Positions 26,739 through 36,065 of a DNA stretch of 64,000 bases are shown in pieces. The stretch's first letter is position 1, and every line of letters begins with the position of its first letter. Source of the DNA: an uncultured Pseudomonadales bacterium (lineage in GTDB: Bacteria; Patescibacteriota; Microgenomatia; UBA1400; UBA12028); the NCBI GenBank assembly GCA_964635905.1, contig CAZWPK010000003.1, positions 66,459-130,458 of the forward strand, read 5' to 3'. The position numbers and the translations under genes are program-made. The notes beneath the pieces were generated by a model that saw nothing but the letters and a program-made list of their open reading frames with translations, was not told the origin of the DNA and searched no databases.

Positions 26739-27851
26739 TTACAGAATATCAACGCGTAGGATTAGTTCCACTAATTGAGCTAAGAAATAGGAACAAAAGA
26801 GCAGCAAGAAACCGACAATGGCGTTCGTGATCCGTTGTTTTCCTGCCTCTTGGCTTTTGGGATTTGCGGCTCCAGTGAGCATTTCAAATCCTCCCCACAT
26901 AATCATGACGAAAAGAATGAGTCCGGCAAACGTAAACAAGTAAGGCAATAACCGAGAGATGATCCCTCTGGGGGTCGTGAGATCGGCAGTAGGCTGCTCA
27001 GCGAAAATTGAACTATTTAAGCTATCGAAAAGGGCAGTGGTGTTTTCACATACTCCTCGTGGAAAGGTACAGTCGCCAAGACCACACCCTTGAGTATTAC
27101 CACTGGTGCAGTAACTTGCGCCTCTTGAATTGATATACACCCTTGCATATCCATTTTGACGACAGAGAGCTTCTGCTTGACTGCGAAGCATTAATTGGTC
27201 GACGTTAAGGTTGATCTGTTGCCCCATACTGATCTGTCGAGCGTGCTGTTTTTGTTCTCGACTGCACAAGACATCCGTTCCATTTTCCTCAATACAGGTT
27301 TCTGTAACACTTCCATTTCCTAACAGCTGACACGAATCTGGAGCAAGTGTGAGTTGCGCTTGATTTGCGGTGGCTAAACATTGGGTGTTGGTTGCCTCTG
27401 TCCATCCGCAGCAACGTGCATTCGTTCCGCCAGCCGGATCGGTCAGAGAGATATTGGGGCACGTGGAGGGGCAATTATAATTATCTCGTGCATGTGTCCA
27501 CTTTGTTCCACAGGTTACGGTGCTACCGGGTGGGGCTAGAGGAAGAAAAGCAGATGAACATGCCCATTCGCGTCCCGGACGTTGTTGTGGGGTCTGAGTG
27601 AGTCCTAGCGGTGCAAACGCATCGACCCAGGTTGAATTCCGACAGACATAACACAGATTGTCGGTTCCCCAACACGCAGTTCCTTCCGCATACGATGCAA
27701 GCCCGTTTTCACATTTGGGTCCGCAGAGAGCTTGAGCTTTTGATGGCAGGAAAAATCCGACGCAAAAAAACAAACTAAGAATGAATACTTGGATTGTGAT
27801 TGCACTTCGCACCATCTTCTTAGTGTAGAAGATTTTCCATGATTGGTCCAA
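26739..27851 (-). CDS. Secreted Cys-rich extracellular domain fused to a C-terminal VirB2/TrbC-like pilin module
   Basis: Signal peptide (probable start MVRSAITIQV at ~27815). About 270 aa with 26 Cys. The C-terminal 75 aa (TPRGIISRLLPYLFTFAGL...TGAANPKSQEAGKQRITNAIVG...) match the pilin family and are ~85% identical to 27861..28184. Confidence 0.7.
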   Translation of the reverse strand: MDQSWKIFYTKKMVRSAITIQVFILSLFFCVGFFLPSKAQALCGPKCENGLASYAEGTACWGTDNLCYVCRNSTWVDAFAPLGLTQTPQQRPGREWACSSAFLPLAPPGSTVTCGTKWTHARDNYNCPSTCPNISLTDPAGGTNARCCGWTEATNTQCLATANQAQLTLAPDSCQLLGNGSVTETCIEENGTDVLCSREQKQHARQISMGQQINLNVDQLMLRSQAEALCRQNGYARVYINSRGASYCTSGNTQGCGLGDCTFPRGVCENTTALFDSLNSSIFAEQPTADLTTPRGIISRLLPYLFTFAGLILFVMIMWGGFEMLTGAANPKSQEAGKQRITNAIVGFLLLFCSYFLAQLVELILRVDIL

Positions 27852-27860
27852 CAGTGAGAC

Positions 27861-28184
27861 TTACAAGATGTCTACGCGAAGCACTAATTCGACAAGTTGG
27901 GCGATGAAGTACGAACAGAAAAGCAGCATAAACCCGATGATTGCGTTCATGATGCGATTTTTACCTGCTTCCTGACTTTTAGGATCAGAGGCGCCTGTTA
28001 ACATTTCCATTCCACCCCAAATGATCATGATAAAGAGAATTAGGCCAGCAAAGGTGAAAATATACGGGAGTAATTCAGAGATAATTCCACGAGGGGTTTG
28101 AAACTGTGCGACTTTGGCTGGATCAACACCGTCGAATATTTGATCATTAAGGTCTTGGATGAATTGCGCGTTGGGTTCTACCAT
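27861..28184 (-). CDS. VirB2/TrbC-like pilin module protein without a signal peptide
   Basis: The C-terminal 75 aa are near-identical at the protein level to those of 26739..27851 but diverged at the DNA level. The start is set at the internal Met (MVEPNAQ) to avoid overlap. The track ORF runs to 28232. Confidence 0.55.
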   Translation of the reverse strand: MVEPNAQFIQDLNDQIFDGVDPAKVAQFQTPRGIISELLPYIFTFAGLILFIMIIWGGMEMLTGASDPKSQEAGKNRIMNAIIGFMLLFCSYFIAQLVELVLRVDIL

Positions 28185-28191
28185 AGAAATT

Positions 28192-29538
28192 CTATGTGCC
28201 AAATCCTGGGATTTGAAGGAGTTTAACTCCAATAAACTGAAGAATGATCACAGAAAAGATGATGAATAAAATTCCCATAATTGCAGATGTCACCATCTCT
28301 TGACCTTCTTGCACTCGTTTTGGATCACCAGATGAAGTTGTCAGTAAGAATGCTCCATAGAGGATAACTAGGAGAACGATTCCACCAGCAAGGCCTAAGA
28401 TGATTCGTAAGAATGACTGAATCATACCCGTGGGAGATGTTTGAACACAACCAAAAGCTGTCCACAAACTACTAGGAGCGGCACTATCAGAGACGAGTCC
28501 TTCTTGCCCAGGCTCAGCTCCACCGCCACCTGAACCATAACATCTTAAACACTTATCACGGTCTGTTTGACCTTGAGGACCAGTATTATCTGCTTGTAAG
28601 CAGAGAGCAAAAGCGGGGTTTTCAGTGTCTGCTCCTGGGCCTTCTACCGGATTTCCCGTTTGCGGGTCAATTCTAAATGAAGCGAATTGACATGCGACTT
28701 CTACACCGCCGTTGGAATTTTGTCTTATTAGACGGAAGGAGGCACCATTGTACGACTTGTTAAAGACGTCCGTCACGGTTAAAGATGGAGCACAGTTTGT
28801 GGCTGGTGTACAGTTCGTGGATTGTTCCCGGATTTCCTGTCCATTTGCATTGGTTCCTAAGTACTGAAGGTAATACCACCTACCATCATTAGTATTAAAT
28901 CCATTTGATGGAAAATTTGCAGTAATCGATGTGGTTGTAGCTGATATATTAGCTAATGCTGGAGAGAAAACTACAGCACTGCAGGTAGGTTCCTGCGATT
29001 CGAACTCAGGACTTTCTATGTCTAATAAGCTGAGTATTCTAGAAAGATCTTCTTGGCGACAAATTGTCCAAGACTGAGTTGATAATGTAGCATTTAACGT
29101 TTTTCCTTTAAATTGAGCAACATCTCCAGCTGAGAATTGAACCGAAAAAGTATTTCCAGAACGCAAGAGATTAGCTCCGGAGAAGCTTTTTGAATAACCA
29201 TCCCCTGTAAAGGTTAAGGTTGGAGTCTGACCAGTCATGAATGAATCAAGAGTGGTGGTATTATATGAGGTTTGAACAGATATGGAGATCGTGTCACTTG
29301 GTCCAATTAATGCAATTTGTCCACTCCTGATCCGATCTTGATCAACTTGTGGGAGATGACTGAAGTTACCGTTGGTTGAAAAAAGGATAATTTTACGTCC
29401 ATCTGGGGCTACATAAGATTGAGGAATTGATGTGACAGTACACACTGCAGGCGCCTGAGCGAATGCGTTCTGAACAAAACCTACAAAAAATAGAATGGAT
29501 TGCAGGATGATGGCCAACAACTTAAAAGCAGTCCTCAT
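28192..29538 (-). CDS. Secreted ~370-aa extracellular domain fused to a C-terminal VirB2/TrbC-like pilin module
   Basis: Probable start MRTAFKLLAIIL... with signal peptide NAFAQAP (the track ORF extends to 29616). The C-terminus reads helix - TTSSGDPKRVQEGQEMVTSAIMG - helix. Confidence 0.65.
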   Translation of the reverse strand: MRTAFKLLAIILQSILFFVGFVQNAFAQAPAVCTVTSIPQSYVAPDGRKIILFSTNGNFSHLPQVDQDRIRSGQIALIGPSDTISISVQTSYNTTTLDSFMTGQTPTLTFTGDGYSKSFSGANLLRSGNTFSVQFSAGDVAQFKGKTLNATLSTQSWTICRQEDLSRILSLLDIESPEFESQEPTCSAVVFSPALANISATTTSITANFPSNGFNTNDGRWYYLQYLGTNANGQEIREQSTNCTPATNCAPSLTVTDVFNKSYNGASFRLIRQNSNGGVEVACQFASFRIDPQTGNPVEGPGADTENPAFALCLQADNTGPQGQTDRDKCLRCYGSGGGGAEPGQEGLVSDSAAPSSLWTAFGCVQTSPTGMIQSFLRIILGLAGGIVLLVILYGAFLLTTSSGDPKRVQEGQEMVTSAIMGILFIIFSVIILQFIGVKLLQIPGFGT

Positions 29539-29681
29539 ACCTACTAATTTTACCATGAAGCGTGAAAATCTAGAGGGGGAGATCGATTTTAGGTTAGATT
29601 TATAGATAGGTCTCATATCTTGAGGACATTTCCCACTATCTTCGGGTGTGCGAATGATGAGATCTTCGGTAGAATAGAGAG

Positions 29682-31439
29682 ATGTTTCATCGGATCACGC
29701 GAGTCTTAATTGTTATCTTTTTGGCTGGAATTGTATATACCCAGATGCCCATTGGACAGTATTGGGTGGCTGCTGTGGATTCCATTGAAGAACTGCAACG
29801 TCAGATCGATGAGTTAGGGAAGTTAAAAAAAATGTCAGAGGATGCAACTGCTCCCTTAGAGAAGGAAGTGAAGACGTTGGATTCCCGGATAAAGAGTGCT
29901 CAAAATGGAATCGTAACCGCACAAAAGAACTGGGAAGAGGCAGAAAAGCAAATTTCCATTCGTGAAACTAATCTGGGAACAACATATAAGCTCTTCTCTA
30001 GTCGAGTAGCTGAGAGTTATCGTCGTACCCAGGCCTACGATCCCTTTATTTTAATACTTGCTTCCAACGATTTTGTCACCCTATCTAATTCGCTAGCTTA
30101 TCAACAAAAGGCTCGAGAACGCGACCAAGCAGAATTAAAGCGTCTAAGTACGGAAATTAGTTCTCTTGAGGCTGATAAAAAGAAGCATGAAGAAACCAAA
30201 AAAACCTTAGCTGGTCTGCAAAAGAAATTGGATGAAAGTGCAGCGTTCTTTAAAGGAGAGATCGACAAGGCACGCAAGTATCAGCAAGATCTGGCAGGGA
30301 AGATTGCCGCTCTTTCTGCCGAGCAGCAGCGGTTGCTTTCTGAACGATCGGGGACTGCGACAACTAGTGTAGGGAATGCCCCCTCTTCTAAAGAACCCTG
30401 TTCCGGACCACCCGGTTCTCCGACCTATTGTGACCCCGGGTTTTCACCCGGCTTTGCGGTGTTTTCTTTTGGAGCGCCTCATTTTAATGGCCTATCGCAG
30501 TATGGTGCCTACGGACGTGCCAAGACTGGTCAAAACGTGGAGACAATCCTTAAAGCCTATTATGGGGGCGTCGAGATTAAGAAAGATTGGTCCACTGGCG
30601 TGACTATCTCGGTGAGTGGGCATGGAAGTGTGGACATTGAAACCTATACCAAGCGAATCTACGAAATGCCGACATCCTGGGGGGATAACGGGGGATTTGA
30701 AGCACTGAAGGCTCAGGCTGTCGCAGCCCGGTCCTACGCCCTAGCAGTTACCAACAATGGAGAGAAAAGCATTTGTGCCACGGAGGCGTGTCAGGTGTAT
30801 AAGCCATCCAACAAAGGCGGGAAATGGGATGAAGCGGTGGATGCGACTCGAGGATGGGTCTTGATTGCAAATGGAAAGCCCTTTATGGCAAAGTATGCCT
30901 CGACTGCGGGAGGATATATTCAGTCCTACACGTCCAATGGGCATAGCACCCCTGGCTTGTGGGATACCACTAGCGACTGGACACGCTGGGCGGATGGAGC
31001 CTACGAAGGAGCGGGAAAAGGCGATAGTCCTTGGTTCTATAAGGGCTGGTACAAGAGTCGTTCCGGAGATTCCTGTGGGAAAACCCATCCTTGGCTAACG
31101 CAGACAGAATTTGCCGATGTTCTCAATGCCTGGGTTGTTCGATATAAAGGCAATAGTGCCGATGTAGCTCGGATTACTCCAGTTAGCAGTTGTAACGGTG
31201 GGAATCCTTTCTCCATGGATGAGCTCAAAAATAAAGCCAACGAGCTTGGTGGAGCGTTCACAACCGTTTCCTCAATTCGGGTAGAACACGGAAACAACGG
31301 ATTTACGAAAAATGTCATTGTTGACACGAATAAGGGGTCGGTAACGATTCCAGGGGCAGAATTCAAAACCGCATTCAATCTTCGTGCTCCCGGCAGAATC
31401 TCGGTGAAGGGAAATCTGTTTGGCATCGAGCGAAAATAA
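29682..31439 (+). CDS. Coiled-coil protein with a C-terminal SpoIID/LytB domain (peptidoglycan remodelling)
   Basis: N-terminal TM, then ~200 aa of coiled-coil heptads. The C-terminus has LKAQAVAARSYAL, CATEACQVY and YASTAGGY, which match SpoIID/LytB signatures. Confidence 0.7.
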   Translation: MFHRITRVLIVIFLAGIVYTQMPIGQYWVAAVDSIEELQRQIDELGKLKKMSEDATAPLEKEVKTLDSRIKSAQNGIVTAQKNWEEAEKQISIRETNLGTTYKLFSSRVAESYRRTQAYDPFILILASNDFVTLSNSLAYQQKARERDQAELKRLSTEISSLEADKKKHEETKKTLAGLQKKLDESAAFFKGEIDKARKYQQDLAGKIAALSAEQQRLLSERSGTATTSVGNAPSSKEPCSGPPGSPTYCDPGFSPGFAVFSFGAPHFNGLSQYGAYGRAKTGQNVETILKAYYGGVEIKKDWSTGVTISVSGHGSVDIETYTKRIYEMPTSWGDNGGFEALKAQAVAARSYALAVTNNGEKSICATEACQVYKPSNKGGKWDEAVDATRGWVLIANGKPFMAKYASTAGGYIQSYTSNGHSTPGLWDTTSDWTRWADGAYEGAGKGDSPWFYKGWYKSRSGDSCGKTHPWLTQTEFADVLNAWVVRYKGNSADVARITPVSSCNGGNPFSMDELKNKANELGGAFTTVSSIRVEHGNNGFTKNVIVDTNKGSVTIPGAEFKTAFNLRAPGRISVKGNLFGIERK

Positions 31440-31488
31440 GCTTGAACTCTTTTGGATTATTTCTGCTTCCAGGTTGTATAATAGAAGC

Positions 31489-32175
31489 ATGGCTGAAGCT
31501 CATGAATCCAAGTCGCATACATCCCCAAAGGCTGCCGGACTTAAACGACGGACTCGTAAGGAAAATATTCTCGAAGCAGAGAAATACAGTTCGATTTTAA
31601 GAGAATCGAATGGCTCCTATAATCCGTTGGCATCATTTTGTCCAAAACCGGCAAATGTTTCCTTTGAGGTACAGCATGAAGACGAGCCCATTTTGTTGTT
31701 ACTTCGACAGCATCCAATCGTCAATCTTCGCTGGATCATCATTGCGACGTTCATGTTACTTGCTCCCTTAAGTTTGAGTTTTTTCCCATTGCTTGATTGG
31801 TTGCCAGAACGGTTTCAGTTTGTCGCTCTCATTGGTTGGTTTAGTTTGACCTTTGGGTTTATCTTAGAAAACTTTCTGATTTGGTTTTTTAACATCTATA
31901 TCATCACCGATGAGCGCGTGATTGACGTCGACTTTTTTAATTTGCTCTTCAAAAAAGTCTCGGAAGCCAAAATTGAGAACATCGAAGATATTACCTCTGC
32001 AACCGGAGGATTTTTGCAATCCGTGATCGATTTTGGAGAAGTTCGAATTCAAACGTCTGCGGAGATTCCTCAAATTGAATTTGATAAAGTTCCGCATCCT
32101 GGGAAAGTAGCCACGTTTTTAAGTGAAATGCTGGTGCAAGAGGAACAGGAAAAGATTGAAGGAAGGGTGCGATAA
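31489..32175 (+). CDS. Membrane protein with a bacterial PH (bPH_2/YdbT-like) domain
   Basis: Two TM helices followed by IYIITDERVIDVDF and GEVRIQT, typical of bPH_2. Start placed at MAEAHESK (track ORF begins at 31420). Confidence 0.5.
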   Translation: MAEAHESKSHTSPKAAGLKRRTRKENILEAEKYSSILRESNGSYNPLASFCPKPANVSFEVQHEDEPILLLLRQHPIVNLRWIIIATFMLLAPLSLSFFPLLDWLPERFQFVALIGWFSLTFGFILENFLIWFFNIYIITDERVIDVDFFNLLFKKVSEAKIENIEDITSATGGFLQSVIDFGEVRIQTSAEIPQIEFDKVPHPGKVATFLSEMLVQEEQEKIEGRVR

Positions 32176-32182
32176 TACCGTT

Positions 32183-32446
32183 ATGACAGAAGGACAAATT
32201 TTAGGTCTCATGATTGATCCCAATAGCCCTTATCTGTTCTCGGATGCCTTTATCTTTGGCATCTTGCGATGGATGGTCTTGTTAGGATTTGGACTCTACT
32301 TGTTATTTTCGATTGTTATCGTTCGACAAATTCATCTGATGACGACCACCGTGGGAACGGGGTTTGAACTGCCTATAAAAATTCTAGGATATTTACACTT
32401 AGCTTTCGCTGTGACTGTTTGGCTCATTGCCTTTACAACTCTATAA
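32183..32446 (+). CDS. Small membrane protein
   Basis: Two TM helices. Start placed at MTEGQ. Confidence 0.35.
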   Translation: MTEGQILGLMIDPNSPYLFSDAFIFGILRWMVLLGFGLYLLFSIVIVRQIHLMTTTVGTGFELPIKILGYLHLAFAVTVWLIAFTTL

Positions 32447-34259
32447 ATTCCAGCCATCTCGTCGTATGATGGTAGAAATGTCTCCGTTCATTTCTACTCT
32501 AACTGGAATTCCATCAAAAGACTGTTGGTCGGCAACCGTTTCCCAGGAAACTAACGTTGGTACGCTCGTGTGTGCGATGACGTTTTTTGGCTCAAACGCG
32601 CAACAACGAGGAAAAGAGTGTCAATCCGCGATAGAAGAATTGGCGGGGCATCTCACCACGCCAGAACAATTTGTCTCTTTTTTCCAGACTCTTCCATTGA
32701 CGGACGGGGAGCTGGTTGCCGGGCTCATTACACTTCAAGAATCACTGTTCTTTACATTTGGGAAAGCGCAAGCGGTTTTAGTGCGGGGCAATGAGAGTCA
32801 TCCGATTATCAATGAAGATGTTATCCAAACGACCCATTCGTCGTTTATGCGGGGAGAAGTGAGTGAGACAGACGACGTGTACCTCGGAACGCAGTCTTTC
32901 TTTGAATCGTTGTTTACTATCGTTTCCACCTCACTCCATCCAGAGAAGATGCTGTCGTCCTACCCCTCTGATTCACAAAACACGGCGGCGAATGCAGGGC
33001 TTTGTGTGGCGCTTGTGCAACTCAAAGAGCCAGAAGTAGAAGAACCCACAGTCCCACTTCCAGCAATTCAAACTCTGCCTCCATCCACCATAAGTCCTCC
33101 GCCGTTGTCGCATCGACCATTGCAGACACGACGCATCAAAGTTGGATTCAAACGCTCCAAACTTGTCGGAGCCTTGGGAGTTGTCATCGCTTTTTGTATT
33201 GTAATCGTTCTTGGAAACTCTCTCATTTTGGGTCGACGCAACGCGCGTGTAGAATCCGTAATCAAGCCCTACTCTTTACGGCTAGAACAGGCAAAAGGGC
33301 AATCCGAGAAGGTTGCCAAGATCCAAGCGCTATCTGCACTACTAACTGATCTTGAACAATCTAGAGTACAGTATGCCTCCGATCGCCTCATTTCTCGCCG
33401 ATTTGATGCGTTATTTCAATCGGCAAAAGCAGAGTATGAGGCAGTTTCCGCACAAAAAGAGATTGCCAAACTTTCAGTGTTCTATGATTTTAGATTAGTT
33501 GCGGCGGATTTTGTCGCATCTTCCTTTGCGTTTGATCGTCCAGGGAAATTAGCCGTTTGTTTAGATCGTACTCAAAACAGGCTTCTCTCACTGTCATTGG
33601 AAAATAAAGCCCCCCAAACCTTATCCATTGCCGACAAATTGACTGAGTCGACTGCGGTTACCGTGCAAAATCGTAAAGCCTATGTGGTGGGTACGCAGGG
33701 TGTAATCGAATTATCACTTCCTTTAGATACAATGGGAAAGCTTGTGGCTTCGGCACCCACTGATTGGCAACCGCGATTGATCTCTGCCTTTGGAGATAAT
33801 GTGTATGCTTTAGATCGAAAACAGCGCAATATTATGCGCTTTGATGTCACCGACCCAACCAGCAGTCCGTCAGCTTGGATCAAAGATAAAGAGGGGATTA
33901 ATTTTGATGAGCTAAGTTCTCTGGTGGTGGATGGGGACGTTTGGGTTGGAACAACCCAAGGAACTGTCTTGCGCTTTTCCAGAGGTGAACAGATTGGGTT
34001 CAAGCTAGAACAGGCAGTGAGCTTGCCAACCTCTACGATTGCACTGTATACAACCGAAACAAGTACCCTACTGTACATTCTTGAACCCCGAGGAAAGCGA
34101 CTGCTTGTCTATCAAAAAGATGGGACCTATGTCGCATCGGTGATCAGTCCTGATTTAGAGACAGCCAGTAGTGTTATCGTCGATGAAGAAACGCAGACAG
34201 CCTACATTTTAGCTGGCAGTCTGATCTATAGTGTCAGCTTGCAAATCCCTTCCTCCTAA
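32427..34259 (+). CDS. Hypothetical 610-aa protein with one TM segment
   Basis: Long ORF. TM at VGALGVVIAFCIVIVLG. The C-terminal half is rich in predicted beta strands. Confidence 0.55.
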   Translation: MPLQLYKFQPSRRMMVEMSPFISTLTGIPSKDCWSATVSQETNVGTLVCAMTFFGSNAQQRGKECQSAIEELAGHLTTPEQFVSFFQTLPLTDGELVAGLITLQESLFFTFGKAQAVLVRGNESHPIINEDVIQTTHSSFMRGEVSETDDVYLGTQSFFESLFTIVSTSLHPEKMLSSYPSDSQNTAANAGLCVALVQLKEPEVEEPTVPLPAIQTLPPSTISPPPLSHRPLQTRRIKVGFKRSKLVGALGVVIAFCIVIVLGNSLILGRRNARVESVIKPYSLRLEQAKGQSEKVAKIQALSALLTDLEQSRVQYASDRLISRRFDALFQSAKAEYEAVSAQKEIAKLSVFYDFRLVAADFVASSFAFDRPGKLAVCLDRTQNRLLSLSLENKAPQTLSIADKLTESTAVTVQNRKAYVVGTQGVIELSLPLDTMGKLVASAPTDWQPRLISAFGDNVYALDRKQRNIMRFDVTDPTSSPSAWIKDKEGINFDELSSLVVDGDVWVGTTQGTVLRFSRGEQIGFKLEQAVSLPTSTIALYTTETSTLLYILEPRGKRLLVYQKDGTYVASVISPDLETASSVIVDEETQTAYILAGSLIYSVSLQIPSS

Positions 34260-34291
34260 AGATAGCGACTCTGCCGTATAATTGGCCCATC

Positions 34292-34738
34292 ATGACTCCG
34301 TTGATTGAAAATAAAAAAGCTCGAAAGGATTACACGATTATCGATACGTTGGAAGCGGGAATCGTTTTGACTGGGCAAGAAGTGAAATCTCTGCGCGCGA
34401 AACGTGGGGTCATCTCTGATAGCTTTGTCAAAATCATGGGAAATGAAGCCTTTTTGATTAATGCCCGCATTGAGCAACATCAAACCACAGCCCACGTGAC
34501 CTATGATCCCACCATGTCCAGGAAATTACTGCTCCATCGACGTCAAATTCGTATGCTTGAAGAAGCTACGCACACCAAGGGATTTAGTGCAATCCCCCTC
34601 ATGCTTGGGGTGAAATCAAATTTCATTAAGGTCCTCATTGGTCTAGGAAAAGGAAAAAAGTTAGTAGATCGAAAAGAGGAACTCAAACAACGCGATTTAC
34701 GGCGCGAAGAAGATTCTCTACTCAAAAAGCTTCGTTAG
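34292..34738 (+). CDS. smpB: SsrA-binding protein
   Basis: KKARKDYTIIDTLEAGIVLTGQEVKSLR...LLLHRRQI, the classic SmpB signature. Confidence 0.9.
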   Translation: MTPLIENKKARKDYTIIDTLEAGIVLTGQEVKSLRAKRGVISDSFVKIMGNEAFLINARIEQHQTTAHVTYDPTMSRKLLLHRRQIRMLEEATHTKGFSAIPLMLGVKSNFIKVLIGLGKGKKLVDRKEELKQRDLRREEDSLLKKLR

Positions 34739-35139
34739 GGTGGAGATGCCCGGATTGAACCGGGGTCCGTATATGAACCTTGCCATCGTCTACACACGTA
34801 GGTCATTCTTGATCAAGCTAGATCGGTGAACTTCCAAGCCGTATTCTAGCGTCTCCAATGCTAAATCTTTTATCGGTAGGATTGGATACGACCGACAAGT
34901 CACACTGACTGGGTTTCCACCCATTCGCTTACATCAGTGAGATAAGACGAATGAATGCTAGCTTAAGCTAATGCGTAAGCTGGTTGTTCGTTGGTGCCAA
35001 ACACGAAGTTTGCCACACGAGCGAACAAGTTGCTAAGTTTTGAGTTAGCAGTTATTGTTTTGGCTCTGTTTTACATCTTCTCTAGCCAAAGATGGTGTGC
35101 AGATGGTAAAGAGCGATACACGTCGAAACGTACATCCCC
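34739..35139 (-). ncRNA. ssrA: tmRNA (SsrA), standard one-piece form
   Basis: Minus-strand 5' end GGGGAUGUACGUUUCGACGUG (the conserved UUCGACG). The 3' end has a T-arm CCCGG-TTCAAT-CCGGG and an acceptor CATCTCC-A-CC pairing with the 5' GGGGATG. An internal ORF encodes the tag ANFVFGTNEQPAYALA followed by TAA. The 3' end abuts the smpB stop. Confidence 0.8.
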
Positions 35140-35182
35140 AAAGGGACACTTAGTATAGCAGCTTCCCTCTAGTATTTCAAAT

Positions 35183-35953
35183 TTATTCCCCATGGGCGAG
35201 TACTAGCGCAACGACGACTTTCACCCCGGATTTTTTAAGTGTTCGGGCACATTCCTGAAGCGTAGACCCCGTTGTACAGACATCGTCGATGAGAATGACT
35301 TTTGGGGGAATTTTTGACGAATTTGGAACTGAAATATTCATGGAATCTTTGAGATTGAGGAGACGGTGTTCCCGCGATAGCTGAGCTTGCGGTGGTGTGC
35401 TTTTTGTTTTTATTAAGAGGTTTGGAAGTAGATAGATGCCAAGTTTGGTTGATAATTGTTGTGCATACAACTGGCTTGCATTAAATCCTCGTTCCCACCG
35501 CTTTTTCCAGTGCAGTGGAACCGGAACGATGGCAGTTGTTTGTCTTGAAAACGAGTTCCAAATTCCAAGTTTTTCCCCTTGCCAATGCAGGAGATTCCCA
35601 CCCAGACTTGCCATATCATAGATGAGACGATATTTAACTGCTCTAATTAATATGGCGATGACTCCATCATAGTTTGAAACGGCATACAGCCCATCCAGTG
35701 TCGTTTTACTTTTACACCGGCTATGTACTCCAAAATGGTTGAGTTCTTTCATGCAGCCAGGGCAAAGGTACGTAGAATTGAAATGCATCGTTTGAAAACA
35801 GGTTGAACAGAGATAGTCCCCAAAGGCACCACATCCGATACAGTCTTTGGGAAAGATAACGTCCAAGAGAAACGTAAGATGCCCCATATTCTTAGCATAC
35901 ATCGTTCTCAAGATGTCTGATATACTAGAGGTACGGATTGAAGATTGTGGCAA
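35183..35953 (-). CDS. comFC: ComF family protein (competence phosphoribosyltransferase, ComFC-like)
   Basis: N-terminal zinc-ribbon Cys pairs (CIGCG..C..C, CPGC) and the C-terminal PRTase motif VILIDDVCTTGSTL. The true start may be the internal Met at ~35902. Confidence 0.75.
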   Translation of the reverse strand: MPQSSIRTSSISDILRTMYAKNMGHLTFLLDVIFPKDCIGCGAFGDYLCSTCFQTMHFNSTYLCPGCMKELNHFGVHSRCKSKTTLDGLYAVSNYDGVIAILIRAVKYRLIYDMASLGGNLLHWQGEKLGIWNSFSRQTTAIVPVPLHWKKRWERGFNASQLYAQQLSTKLGIYLLPNLLIKTKSTPPQAQLSREHRLLNLKDSMNISVPNSSKIPPKVILIDDVCTTGSTLQECARTLKKSGVKVVVALVLAHGE

Positions 35954-35978
35954 AAAATACGGCCACTTTTATCAATGG

Positions 35979-36065
35979 GGAGAGGTCGCATAGTGGCCTA
36001 GTGCGGAAGTCTTGAAAACTTCTGTGGGTTTACGCTCACCGTGGGTTCGAATCCCACCCTCTCCG
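35979..36065 (+). tRNA. tRNA-Ser (anticodon UGA), type II with a long variable arm
   Basis: Acceptor GGAGAGG/CCTCTCC, anticodon stem GAAGT/ACTTC with loop CUUGAAA, T-arm GTGGG-TTCGAAT-CCCAC, discriminator G. Confidence 0.8.
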
